Shown: piece by piece, positions 39,345 to 50,026 of the stretch
How positions within the stretch are numbered: position 1 is the stretch's first letter
Layout: each line of letters opens with the position of its first letter
Origin: Felis catus
Taxonomy: Eukaryota
Length of the DNA stretch: 64,000 nt
Reading direction: 5' to 3'
NCBI RefSeq assembly: GCF_018350175.1
Contig: NC_058371.1
Coordinates: 112,902,001-112,966,000 of the forward strand
Position numbers and translations under genes: made by a program
Notes under the pieces: model-generated
Told to the model about the DNA's origin: nothing
What the model saw: the letters and a program-made list of their open reading frames with translations, nothing else
The model's database searches: none

Positions 39345-39845
39345 CTGGTGTGTTGTGTCTGCTGGGATGCAAGTAATAGAAAGCAAAACCCCAAAGGGCT
39401 TATACAATAAGAAAGAAAGCTTTATCAAAAACAAGAAGCCTTGCAGTAGGGGCATTGGTTAATCCCGCAGCTCCCTCACATTTTGAAGGGATACTCTGGC
39501 ATCCTCTCAGAGGCACTTTTGTCTCCCCAGTAGCTCCCTCCTGTTTGGAAAGTAGCTGCTATGATTCCAGGCAGTTCACAGTAAAGAGCAAGTAACCTAT
39601 CCCCAAAGGCCCCCTGCCAGCCCTGTCTCCACATCACAGTTGGCCAGAAGTGGGAAGTAGGTCAATGCCCACCCTAACAAATCACTGGGAAGGGAAATGG
39701 GATTGCTAAAACTTGCTTAAGTAATTAGGATTTACTCCTAAATTGAAGATACTGTCACTTTCTTGGGAGAATTATGAGTTGGGAGAGACAACAAAATCAG
39801 GATTCTTTTAATATGGAGAAAGAGGAAGGGGTTTGGCAACTTCTC
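39345..39845 (-). mobile_element. MaLR LTR relic (MLT1J/K-like)
   Basis: tgcaagtaatagaaa, gtagctgc..ttccaggc, ttggccagaa, gcccaccctaacaaatcactgg, aacaaaatcaggattct. Confidence 0.6.
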
Positions 39846-40391
39846 ATAATTTAGCCGTCATCTGGTGAGGTAGAGACAACACATAAAAAATCAGTTCAGG
39901 TAAGACAGAAACAGTTCCATTACCTGAGTTTACCAATGAAATCCAATCCTCCACACCCAAATTAGGACAGTTTGTTGAGTGTAAAGACATAGGTCATTCC
40001 ACTAGGAGGGGACATTTCTTTGAGATAAGAAAGTGAGAAGGAACAGCCTTGAAAGAACAGGGAGAGAAGCTCCCTAAGAGGACATTTCTTAGGCAAAGTT
40101 CCTAAGGCAGGAAACTGAAAGGATAAGAAAGCTCTGGAATAATTGGCTCACAGTCACCCAGAAGACAATGGCAGGTGGGAAGGGTAGAGATGGGGGACAA
40201 AGGGACATTCACAGCCTTGTAGATTGTGTTAAGAAGCTTGGGGGTTTTATTCTGTATGCAATGGGAAGCTACTAAAGGATTAGATAAATCCTAAGCAGAA
40301 TCATTTTATATGTTGGAAAGAGTAACTCCATTTAATGTAGGCAGTATATCCTTAGAGAAGCTACTTATGAAGTCCCAATAAACTGTTGCCA

Positions 40392-40605
40392 GGGGAGCCT
40401 GTGTGGCTCAGTCAGTTGAGCATCTGACTTCAACTCAGGTCATGATCTCACAGTTTGTGAGTTCGAGCCCCGCGTCAGGCATGTGCTGACAGCTCGGAGC
40501 CTGCAGCCTGCTTCGGATTCTGGGTCTCCCTCTCTCTCTGCCCCTCCCCCACTCACACTCTATCTCTCCCTCTCTCAAAAATAAATAAACGTTTTTAAAA
40601 AAAAA
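40392..40605 (+). mobile_element. Can-SINE (SINEC_Fc)
   Basis: Head, GTTCGAGCCCCGCGTC B-box region, tail. Confidence 0.94.
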
Positions 40606-41439
40606 GTTGCAAGGAATTCAACTTCTTCACATTGGTTTTATGCAAAGCTGACCTTTAGTTGGTAGGTGCCTGTTTATAGACCCTGTAGCCCAGAGCAATG
40701 ACTTATTCGGAAGCAAACTCTTAAGACATGCTGAATAAACAATAGTGCCTCTGAAGAGAAATGAAAGCTATTTCCCAATCTGGTGAGGCTGCTACTCACT
40801 TCAACCGTTGTTCACGGGTTAATCTCCTAACTGACTTAGACCTTTGAAGGGGATGCTGCCAGGAAGATGATGGCCAAGCACATCTCCCCACATGGTCTGC
40901 CAGCTTTGCTTTGTCATGCGTGTGGTCTGCATGGTCTGGCACATATGCCTGGGGGATCAGTCTCTAACGGAGGCTGCCTGTTCCAGCTGCAAAGGTGTTT
41001 CACACCTCGGGTTGCTTCACTGAGTTCAACACATTCCAGAGCTCTCCTGTTTCCTTAAAGGCTCCTTAATAAAAATGTCATAAGTCGGTTTGTTTTTCAA
41101 CAGTCTTTGAGTGCCTGTGCCTGTGTGGAGACAAACACATGACGGAGTTTGAACAGTGTTAGTATGTGGTTGTGGAGAGCTCAGAGGAGTGAACCTGAAT
41201 GGCTTCCTGGAGGAGGTGACAGTAGAGCTGAGCCTTCTTCTGGCGTCTGTGAGACAGATTAGAGTGGAAAAGGGTAACCAATGACAGTAGTGGTTTAAAG
41301 GCTGCTGCTGGGGTCCAAAAAGATGCCATGGAGGTCTACATTGATGAGGCCAGTCCAAAAGTAAAGGAAGAGTTGGTGGAGAGAAATAAAGAGATACTAG
41401 AGCAATAGAGCTGGGGACTTCGAAAATGATTGGACATAG

Positions 41440-41863
41440 TGATGTGGGAAACAAAGGCAGAAGGAAATGGCGGATAAAATTAAATCTCCTTATAACCTGC
41501 AGCCCATTGACAAATACTTGAGGCAGGAGCAGTAAAAGGTTTCTCCAGGAACTCCCTACTGTCATAATGCTAATGCTTTGCTAGAGGGAAAAACAACCTT
41601 AGCTTGACAATAGCTAGGCCTCCAGGATCCTGTGAGTCTTCTTTAGCATATGAAAATCTCACTGGAAACTTCCACTGGACTTTACCTCCCGCAACTTCAT
41701 GGTATATAACCAGTCTCTCCTCGTGGTCCCGGGCAGCTCTTTCTGCCCACAAGTCCTTTCCCCACGCTTCAACAAAATCACCTGTTTGCACCAAAGATGT
41801 CTTCAAGAATTCTTTCTTGGTCGTCGGCTCCAGACCCCTCACCATCACCCCAAAACCTCATCA
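41440..41863 (+). mobile_element. Solo ERV LTR (CarLTR1-like), inserted in an L2 relic
   Basis: Termini TGATG...CATCA (perfect 5-bp inverted repeat); 4-bp TSD ATAG (41436-41439 / 41864-41867); TATATAA at 41703-41709; degenerate poly(A) signal AACAAA at 41771-41776. Confidence 0.9.
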
Positions 41864-42226
41864 ATAGGACAGACTTGAGATGATTCCAAGAGTTTTCAGC
41901 CAAGCCCATATCCTCCCCAAAGGATAGCTCTCCTCAAGCTGAAACACAGAGGTCACTAGACTTCCTCGTGAGAGCCTGCCCTGGATCCATTCCCCTTGTC
42001 CATGGCCTTTTTGGGGTATGCTGATGAAGAATAAGTGGCATTGTGTATGGTTTTCAGAATAAAGCACTGCGAAGAAGTTTTGTTGCTCTTGCTTACAAAA
42101 CATTTTAAGATGCTTCTGGGTAAATGCAAATGATTATGAGTCATCTATACCTCTTTCCCACGACGGCAGACAGTCTTCTAAGTGTGAGTAATGTCAGAAA
42201 TGAAATTATTTTCCTGAATGTTGTTT

Positions 42227-42414
42227 NNNNNNNNNNNNNNNNNNNNNNNNNNNNNNNNNNNNNNNNNNNNNNNNNNNNNNNNNNNNNNNNNNNNNNNNNN
42301 NNNNNNNNNNNNNNNNNNNNNNNNNNNNNNNNNNNNNNNNNNNNNNNNNNNNNNNNNNNNNNNNNNNNNNNNNNNNNNNNNNNNNNNNNNNNNNNNNNNN
42401 NNNNNNNNNNNNNN
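42227..42414 (+). other. ELOVL6: 188-nt N gap, probable location of the penultimate ELOVL6 coding exon
   Basis: The exon (about 152 nt, ending ...SKAPEL-G) was not found by eye in called sequence. The gap is about 7.2 kb upstream of the last exon, large enough, and has a T-rich 5' flank. Inference only. Confidence 0.55.
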
Positions 42415-45388
42415 TCCTTCCGTTTCCACCCCCACCCCCCCTTGGTAGCTACACACCCACAGTATTTATCTTAAAACAAAGAAACGATTTGAAGGCCCTG
42501 TTTTATTGGTTGCAGGAAAGTTATAATTAATGAATTTGAGAGTTCTTGACTAACTTCCGCTATCTTCTTCTCTCCCCTCCTTCCTTCCTTTTCAGTAATT
42601 GTTCATGGTATATACAAAGAGCAAAATAGTTTATGCAAACTTGCAGACTTCCAAACACTACTGAAAATACACTGCCAGAGCATGTAAAATCTACGTGGCC
42701 CCTTCTGTCCAGCACATTAGCAGCTGTGCTAAGATGCAAATATGGAGGAAAATTCGCAATGCAGCAATTTCCCAGTCCCACATGGAAGCATACTTTCTTC
42801 CTGCTGTTAGATTCAGACCTGGAAACTAGCCTTTCATTTGGGTATCCTCATGTTCTAAGTAACAAATGCTAAGCATTGGTTTCTGACGTTTGATTTTAAT
42901 CATCTAAGGAACGGGCCTTGGAGACGAGGAATATGGCCCACCTTCTAGACATTAATCCAAAATAACTCCCAGTGTATGTAGGGTGGTTTTTTTTGATTCT
43001 TCTTCTTCAACTCTTTAATGGTCTTGAATATAAGTGTGGCATAGGTTAACAGAAACTGTGGAAAATTTGTGACTAAGGATTTGACGTGGATGTAGTTCAC
43101 CAATATCTTTACTGTCGGAGAAAGTGATCTGCTGGTGATCATAAACTCTGGGTTCATCCATGAGCAGTACTGGTCATCATCTCACAAACTGGTTTATATC
43201 CTCAGGGAACACCTATTCTCTGGGTTTTTTAATTTTTTATATGGAGTTAAGAATTGTATTATTTAGTTCAAAATATTTATTTATAGATTGTATTCCCTCT
43301 CCTGTTTCTCCTAAAAAGGGGGTTAGAGGTTGTACTTTCACTATAAGCCATGTTACAATACAGACTACCCAGAGTCTTTCTTTAAGGTGTCCATACTTCA
43401 TATCCTGTGTCTGTTCACAAGGGAGGTGAGATCTCTCTGATGTGTATGTTGACAACCTACCACTTTCTACCGGCTGCTTTATATATCCTGCCTACAGAGA
43501 ACTGGCAATTGATTTGAACTATTGGTTTGACTATTAGTTTCCCAAATCAAAGACAAGGAAAACTTCTTCAGAAAACCTTTCCTAAGAAAAGCAGGGGTAT
43601 GGAGAGGGGTCCTCTCCAAAATAAGTAGGTCACCGTTGTGTGTGCAGAGTCTATGAAAGCAGACTTAGGGTGAAATGCATTAGTATGGATGTATTCATTC
43701 ATTCACTTAATATATTTATGTTAAGCACCTACAGTGGATGTTTAATAGAGGCTGGAATAGAATGTCTAATCCATCTAAAAAGAAATTTAGAATAGGAGTT
43801 TTATGAACCAGGCCACAGGACGCTATTTTTTTCATGTTCGAATTGAGACCACAAGCTGTCAAATCTTAGACTAGAAAAATGTTTTCCAAACTTGGAGCCA
43901 TACACAGTGCCTAAAACAGATGTGTTTTTAGGAATTTCAAAATTCTATGGGAACATGTTAATTTTGTGTTTGCATTTATAGATGAAATAAAAGATTGTCT
44001 TGCCAGATATATTTCTTTCATAGTGATGCTTTAGATTCATAGAATTTCTGAGGCAGATTACTTTTTCTCAAACAGGGGTTGGTCTAAGAATATGAGCGTG
44101 CATTCTCATGTATTCCCCTGGGGTTTTGTGACATTTTCTTTAAAATCCATACATTATTAATGTTTGAGAACTATTCACTTTGAGAAATATCCTATCCCTT
44201 TGACTTAATTTATACTGTATAATAAAGATCCTGAACCACCCCCATCTTTTTTGATACAAAACTGACTATAAATATATGAGTACAGTGAATACTTGAAACC
44301 TGTAACACCCCCCACCCCTGCATATTCACCACTGAACACTCTTCACAATTTCTACCTTACTACCCTCAACATACTTTTTTTCAAATCAGCAATGGTGCTT
44401 CTATGCTTCTGTCCCTTAAGCCTTAAATTGCAAAGAAACAAACTCAGTCTTTGCTTCCAGAAATCCTTTTCCGTGCAAGCGCTGCTTGTCTGTGTTCTGA
44501 ATTTTATGCCATTGTATTTGAGGGACTTGAAACTCAAAATAGTCCCTTCTACCTTTAGAATAATTTATCGAAGAGCCACCTCAGCCTATCTGTAGTGGTC
44601 ATTTTTCTTCAAAGACATGAGTAGACCTCTACTGTCTGTCCTCCCATCTTCTGTTCCAGATTGACATCAAAGTTTTAGGATGGCGGACGGAGTTAAAATT
44701 TCCAGACTAGAACTATTGGTGAAGCATTTTAGAGGTGTTTGTGCTGTGTCTTGTTAGAGTGTTAGTCCAGGTGATGCTAATTAATCAGCTGTCTTATTTA
44801 ATCTAGACCCAAATTCACCACTCCCCACTGCCCCAAGGTAGACCTTATAATTGAACACAATTCTATTCCCTCTTGAGCCCAGAAGGAGCTGTACTGTAGT
44901 CCCTTGTGCCATTGTTTTGATAATCTCTTTCCCTAAGAAGCCTCATGCATCTTAGTGGGTTGTAGGTTGGATATCAAACACTCCATTTCTTAATAGTTAA
45001 AATATAGAATTGAAGTGCTGACAATGGGCCAAAGGGGAGGGGGGGGGGGGAATCCTAAACTTAATCTGGTTCTTTAATGACATTCTTCATGTAGTTTCAG
45101 GCTCATTATATAGATATTTTCATGGTCAGACTGCTTTGTTTTTCTATTTTAAAATATGTTTTATTTCCTTTTGAATAGTCTGGAGCTCATTGACAATGGC
45201 CTTCCGAAACTAAACTGTTGAATCAAAATAGATTGAGTGCCTCAAGAGATCGCCAGCCCCTAGCCCTAATCCAGTGAACATGTTTCTTGAATGCCTTCTT
45301 GTTCATTTTGGAAGTTAAGACCCTTTTCAATTTTTTCATTCTTAGAAAACATTGTTTCTACCACTTAATTAAGAAAGATTTATCCACA

Positions 45389-45606
45389 GGGCACCTGGAT
45401 AGCTCAGTCAGTTAAGCGTCCAACTCTTGATTTTGGCTCAGGTCATGGTCTGATCTCACGTGGGTTTGATACCGCCTCCGGCTCTGCGCTGACAGTGTGG
45501 AGGCTGCTTGGGATCCTCTCTCTCCCTATCTCTCTGCTTCTCCTCCACTCACTCTCTCAGAAACAAAAAAAAATAATAAACTTTAAAAAAAAAAAAGGGA
45601 AGAAAT
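45389..45606 (+). mobile_element. Can-SINE
   Basis: 14-bp TSD aaagatttatccac (45374-45387 / 45607-45620). Confidence 0.94.
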
Positions 45607-45849
45607 AAAGATTTATCCACTTGGATTATTTAGAACTTTTCTTATTTTTAGGTCCTAAGCTCTGCTGTTCAATACCCTAAGATTCTGGACTCCCTTATGT
45701 GCAGCAGAAAGAAAAGGTTCCTGTGAGAAGGAACAGTTCTTCTGTGTCCAATACTGAAACTCTGTTTTCCCACCCAAACCTCCATGCCTGCAGTTTTCAC
45801 TATACCTTTCTTTGGGGGCTGGTGGCGGAGGGGGGAGGGGGGTAGGGAT

Positions 45850-45975
45850 GGCAAAATACACATAATGTAAAACTTACCATTCTCAGTGTACAGCGCTGTG
45901 GCATTAAGAACACTTGCATTACGCACAACATCGCCATCATCCGCCCCTAGCACTTTTTCATCTTCCCCATTCGCC
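45850..45975 (-). mobile_element. L1MB-like 3' terminal fragment
   Basis: aaaatacacataatgtaaaacttaccatt..gtgtacag..gtggcattaag..cactttttcatcttcccc. Confidence 0.65.
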
Positions 45976-46874
45976 ACCAACCATCAAATCCTATCACCAT
46001 TCCTCCTTCACTCAACTCTTAATAGCAAGAAGGGCTTTCTGTTTCAGCAGAAAACAGGGAGCTCATTTCAGTGAATTATAGAGTTACGATCTATTACAAA
46101 TGAGAAGAGAACCGCCAACCTGCTTTGTGTGCCAAAATCTTTGCGCGCCTACTGTTTGAATTATATGAAAAGCTGCTGAGATCTGCTTTTGTGAAAACTT
46201 GGAAACATCTGCTCTGAGTCTATCTAGGTCCTTGCATAGTTGAGCTCGTCATTGTTTTTGAAACTCTGACTCAGCAGAGCTCCAGCTAACTCTGCGAAGA
46301 GGGGTATAGCCATCTGTGACAAACCACGCACAGTGGGCTGTCCGTCTCCTGGTGATTGTGAGCAACCCGGGGGTTTCCAAATGCTGATGGGCTTCTCCAA
46401 AGCCGCACAGATACCTGTACTTAACAGGCACACAGGCTGAAGGTACAGTTCAGAAGGGACACTTAGGAATGAGAAGAGCACACCCTGCCTGCAGACTGAA
46501 AATAGCTGAATCAAAAGTAGTTAGAGAGACAGTGGTAGGGAGAACACGAACCGGCGGTACCTAAAATACATGATGCGGCTGAAGCGCCTAAGAGTCGAGA
46601 GTCCCGCTGCTGATTGTTGGCCAACATTCTTTCCATGATGCCAACCAGACCTTTGGCCAGAAAAGATTGGTTGGCCAACATCAAATAAATACACGATCCC
46701 TATCCTTGGTTTGCATTTGTAGGTCACTCCGTAGCTTTTGGCAGGCCTGTAAATACCATATCATGGCACGACTGGCTCATGACAAGTCAACTGTGAGATT
46801 ATGTTGTTTCCCCAGAAGAAAAATAATTCATAACTTCCAGAGAGGTGTGACATTGCATCTCAGCTGCAATATCC

Positions 46875-46906
<32 letters not shown>

Positions 46907-47122
46907 GGTGGTCTTAAGGGAAGCCCTCTGGAACCCCGCCAGTTTCCCCTTCCCCTTGCCCAGGAGAATCTGCCATTCCTTAGGTCAGCAGCCTCCTTGG
47001 GGATACTAACCTTAATAGGGCATTGGAGGCTAGCCCGGAGAGGCTCCAGGACCTTTACTGGGAAATCCCGTCTTCATTACTCCACCTGCCATCCTGTCTG
47101 TTCAAAAAAAAAAAAAAAAAAT

Positions 47123-47345
47123 CGGGGCGCCTGGGTGGCGCAGTCAGTTAAGCGTCCGACTTCAGCCAGGTCACGATCTCGCGGTCCGGGAGTTCGAGCC
47201 CCGCGTCGGACTCTGGGCTGATGGCTCAGAGCCTGGAGCCTGTTTCCGATTCTGTGTCTCCCTCTCTCTCTGCCCCTCCCCCATTCATGCTCTGTCTCTC
47301 TCTGTCCCAAAAATAAATAAACATTGAAAAAAAAAATTTTTTTTT
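47123..47345 (+). mobile_element. Young SINEC_Fc1-type Can-SINE in the last ELOVL6 intron
   Basis: GGGGCGCCTGGGTGGCGCAGTC...CAGCCAGGTCACGATCTCGCGG; CpGs intact. Confidence 0.97.
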
Positions 47346-49299
47346 AAAACCATAAATGAAATCAAATCAATTTTGTTTTATAGCTCTCGTGACATGTCCT
47401 TGACCTCCAGCTCCCCCATTTAAATGGAAATACCTAACGTGTCTCAGATCATGCCCCCTACTCATGAGATCTGAGACTCCTACTTAGACAGGAAAAACAC
47501 AAAATCAAGTTTCAATTCCAGAACTCTAGGCCCCACTTTTCGTTCCCAGTTAGCTTATTCTAATATGGTCTGTCTTTTGTCCCTTATTACTCTCCTCACA
47601 CTGAAATTGTTCTTTAGACAATACAGTTTTAACATAAAAGTGATGCTGGAGTTAAAAATCAAAAGAATTAAAAAGGATGAGGTGCTTATTACTTTACAGC
47701 AAATAACTTTTATTGCAACATGGTTGGATGTCATGGTGGATTATATACATTTCTGTTCATGCTTCGAGACTCATAAAAAACATCTTCTCAATTATGAATG
47801 ACTGAATTTGTTTTTAACATATAGTTCCTTGGACTTCTACCTTCTTTCCACTCTGAACAAAAGTAAGCTAGAATTACTGTGTCTGCATTATAGTTTACTG
47901 AGCCAAGGGAGGCACAAAGTAGTAATTACACAGAAATAGTGGATCTTTGACAGGCACACGAAAATAACACAGCTTAACACTAAGAAGTAGACCCCGGGTC
48001 TCCTGATACCAGTTCTGTCCCTTAAGTATACAAGTCAGAGTAACTGTCACCATCAATCATTATCAGTCTGGCTAACATTTAAAGGCATAATATGCCAGAC
48101 ATCTCATAAGAGAAAAAAGGACTTCCAAGAAAATTTGATAATATGTTCAGAAATACAGCGACTGATAGCTGTCCTTTTCTGTTCTAAACACATATGAAGT
48201 GATAATGTCTAACAATTCTGTAGAGAAACAAACGAATAGCTCCTGCTGAATGAAATGGGGCACCACCTATATTATTCCAACCATGACCATCAGAACCTTA
48301 AAAATCTTACCCAGACCTCATGTTCTTTGACCTTTCCGAGTGCCAAATGTTTTAGGGCATCCATGAAGTATATAAGGGATAAGACATGGGTAAGTACTAA
48401 TTCCCTTTGTGCTTAATTAGATTTCAGAATGAGACGAGGGGCCTTCTAGTTCTCGTTGTGCAAAGCAAATCAAATTCCCAAGGTCGCAAAGGATGTTGGG
48501 TTTTCCTATATCTGAGAAGAACCAGAGAGATCAGAAAGATAAAGGAGCATACGTCCTGTTTTTGTCCCACATCCCAATGTCTTTTCCACTTGTTTCATAG
48601 TTGTTTATGGAATTATGTGTATTTGTGACTAAGCTTGCTCTTCATCCATTTTCACATAAGTTTTTCTACAGTATATTTTTTGGAATCCTTAAGGCTTTTC
48701 AGAGAATCATTACGTATAAATAGCATTTACCTACCTGAGCAGAATCCTAGCGTCTATAACATAAATTTCCTACCTTAGAAACAGGGGTTTTTTTCTTCAA
48801 GAGAATATTGTTAATAGATCCTGGAAAGCTTTCTCAAAGTTAACTCCATAAAAATGTGTGTCATTTTTAAGTTTTTAATCGTTCGATTCATTGATATAAA
48901 ATTTTCAGATTACCATCTTCAGCAAACTGGGTAAAAGGTGACTTTTCTCTCTCTGCTTTTGTCTTTTCCTCACATTTTACTTTTCCAACTGCTGTATGTC
49001 GAGGCTTCACATTTTACAGGGAGCTTACAAAGATATGTTTTTTAGGAGAGGAGTACCTTTTGTCATATACCAAAGAAAAACGGTTTTCCTACTCTAGAGA
49101 GGCCTAAGGACATTTTGCTGAGCACTCCAATTCTAATCTGTTTGTCTCTATTGATAAATGATCTGAGAGAAGTCACTTGAGTCTTCCAGACAATATGTCC
49201 TAAAATGTATGGTCGAGTTAAAAATTGGGTAGCAGGATTGCTAATGTCCCTTCTAGATCAAAAGTTACGAAGATTTTGTGTGAAACGGGTTTCCGAAAG

Positions 49300-49500
49300 T
49301 AACATTTATCGAGTGTTTTCCATGTGTCGAGAGGGCGTGTTGGTTATCTTATGTAGTCCTCAGACACTTCCAAGCTACTGTTGGTATCCCCACCATCATC
49401 CGCATTTTACAGAAACTGGAAAATCGTGAGGATAAGTAACTTGCCCAAGCTCACAGAGCTAGTACCATTCCTGGATTCTAACGCCGTCCATGCCACGCCC
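49300..49500 (-). mobile_element. MIR
   Basis: acatttatcgagtg, cattttacagaaactggaaa, aagtaacttgcccaagctcacagagctagt (MIR core). Confidence 0.8.
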
Positions 49501-49567
49501 AAGTGCTAGTTCAAGATGCCTACCTTCTTGTAAAAATGTGAATTACCATTATGTCATGGTCAAGGGG

Positions 49568-49601
49568 CTCATGTACATTTTTTGTCTTCTCTGTCTTTCA
49601 G
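49568..49601 (+). promoter_or_regulatory. ELOVL6: 3' splice site of the last ELOVL6 intron (branch point, polypyrimidine tract, AG)
   Basis: CTCAT branch-point-like motif (A at 49571), then ttttttgtcttctctgtctttcAG directly before the conserved coding sequence. Confidence 0.9.
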
Positions 49602-50026
49602 GAGATACAATATTCATTATTCTGAGGAAGCAAAAGCTGATCTTCCTGCACTGGTACCACCACATCACTGTGCTCCTGTACTCCTGGTACTCCTACAAGG
49701 ACATGGTAGCCGGGGGTGGTTGGTTTATGACCATGAACTATGGCGTGCACGCCGTGATGTACTCTTACTATGCCTTGCGAGCGGCAGGTTTCCGAGTTTC
49801 CCGGAAGTTTGCCATGTTCATCACCCTGTCCCAGATCACTCAGATGCTGATGGGCTGTGTCATTAACTACCTGGTCTTCTCCTGGATGCAGCAAGACCAG
49901 TGTCACTCTCACTTTCAGAACATCTTCTGGTCCTCACTCATGTACCTCAGCTACCTTGTGCTTTTCTGCCACTTCTTCTTTGAGGCCTACATCGGCAAGA
50001 TGAGGAAAACAACGAAGGCTGAATAG
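49602..50026 (+). CDS. ELOVL6: Last coding exon of very-long-chain fatty acid elongase 6 (C-terminal ~141 aa)
   Basis: Translation (G)[56 protein letters not shown]...TLSQITQM...KMRKTTKAE* has the ELO-family motifs DT, HxxHH (HWYHH, 49649-49663), NxxVHxxMYxYY and TxxQxxQ, and matches ELOVL6 as I recall it. It follows a polypyrimidine tract and AG (49600-49601); the intron is phase 1 (G|GA GAT); stop TAG at 50024-50026. Confidence 0.97.

Noticed and set aside
41026-41848. 179-aa and 92-aa minus-strand ORFs
   Set aside because: They cross L2 and LTR boundaries, have no recognisable domain, and show no gag, pol or env similarity; the LTR is solo.
49490-49601. N-terminal 37 aa of the 178-aa ORF as part of ELOVL6
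   Set aside because: It is intronic (MIR end, branch point, polypyrimidine tract); ELOVL6 homology starts at the AG acceptor.
49582-49912. Overlapping alternate-frame (49582-49866, +) and antisense (49598-49912, -) ORFs
   Set aside because: Shadow ORFs from GC-rich codon usage in the real exon; no recognisable protein features.
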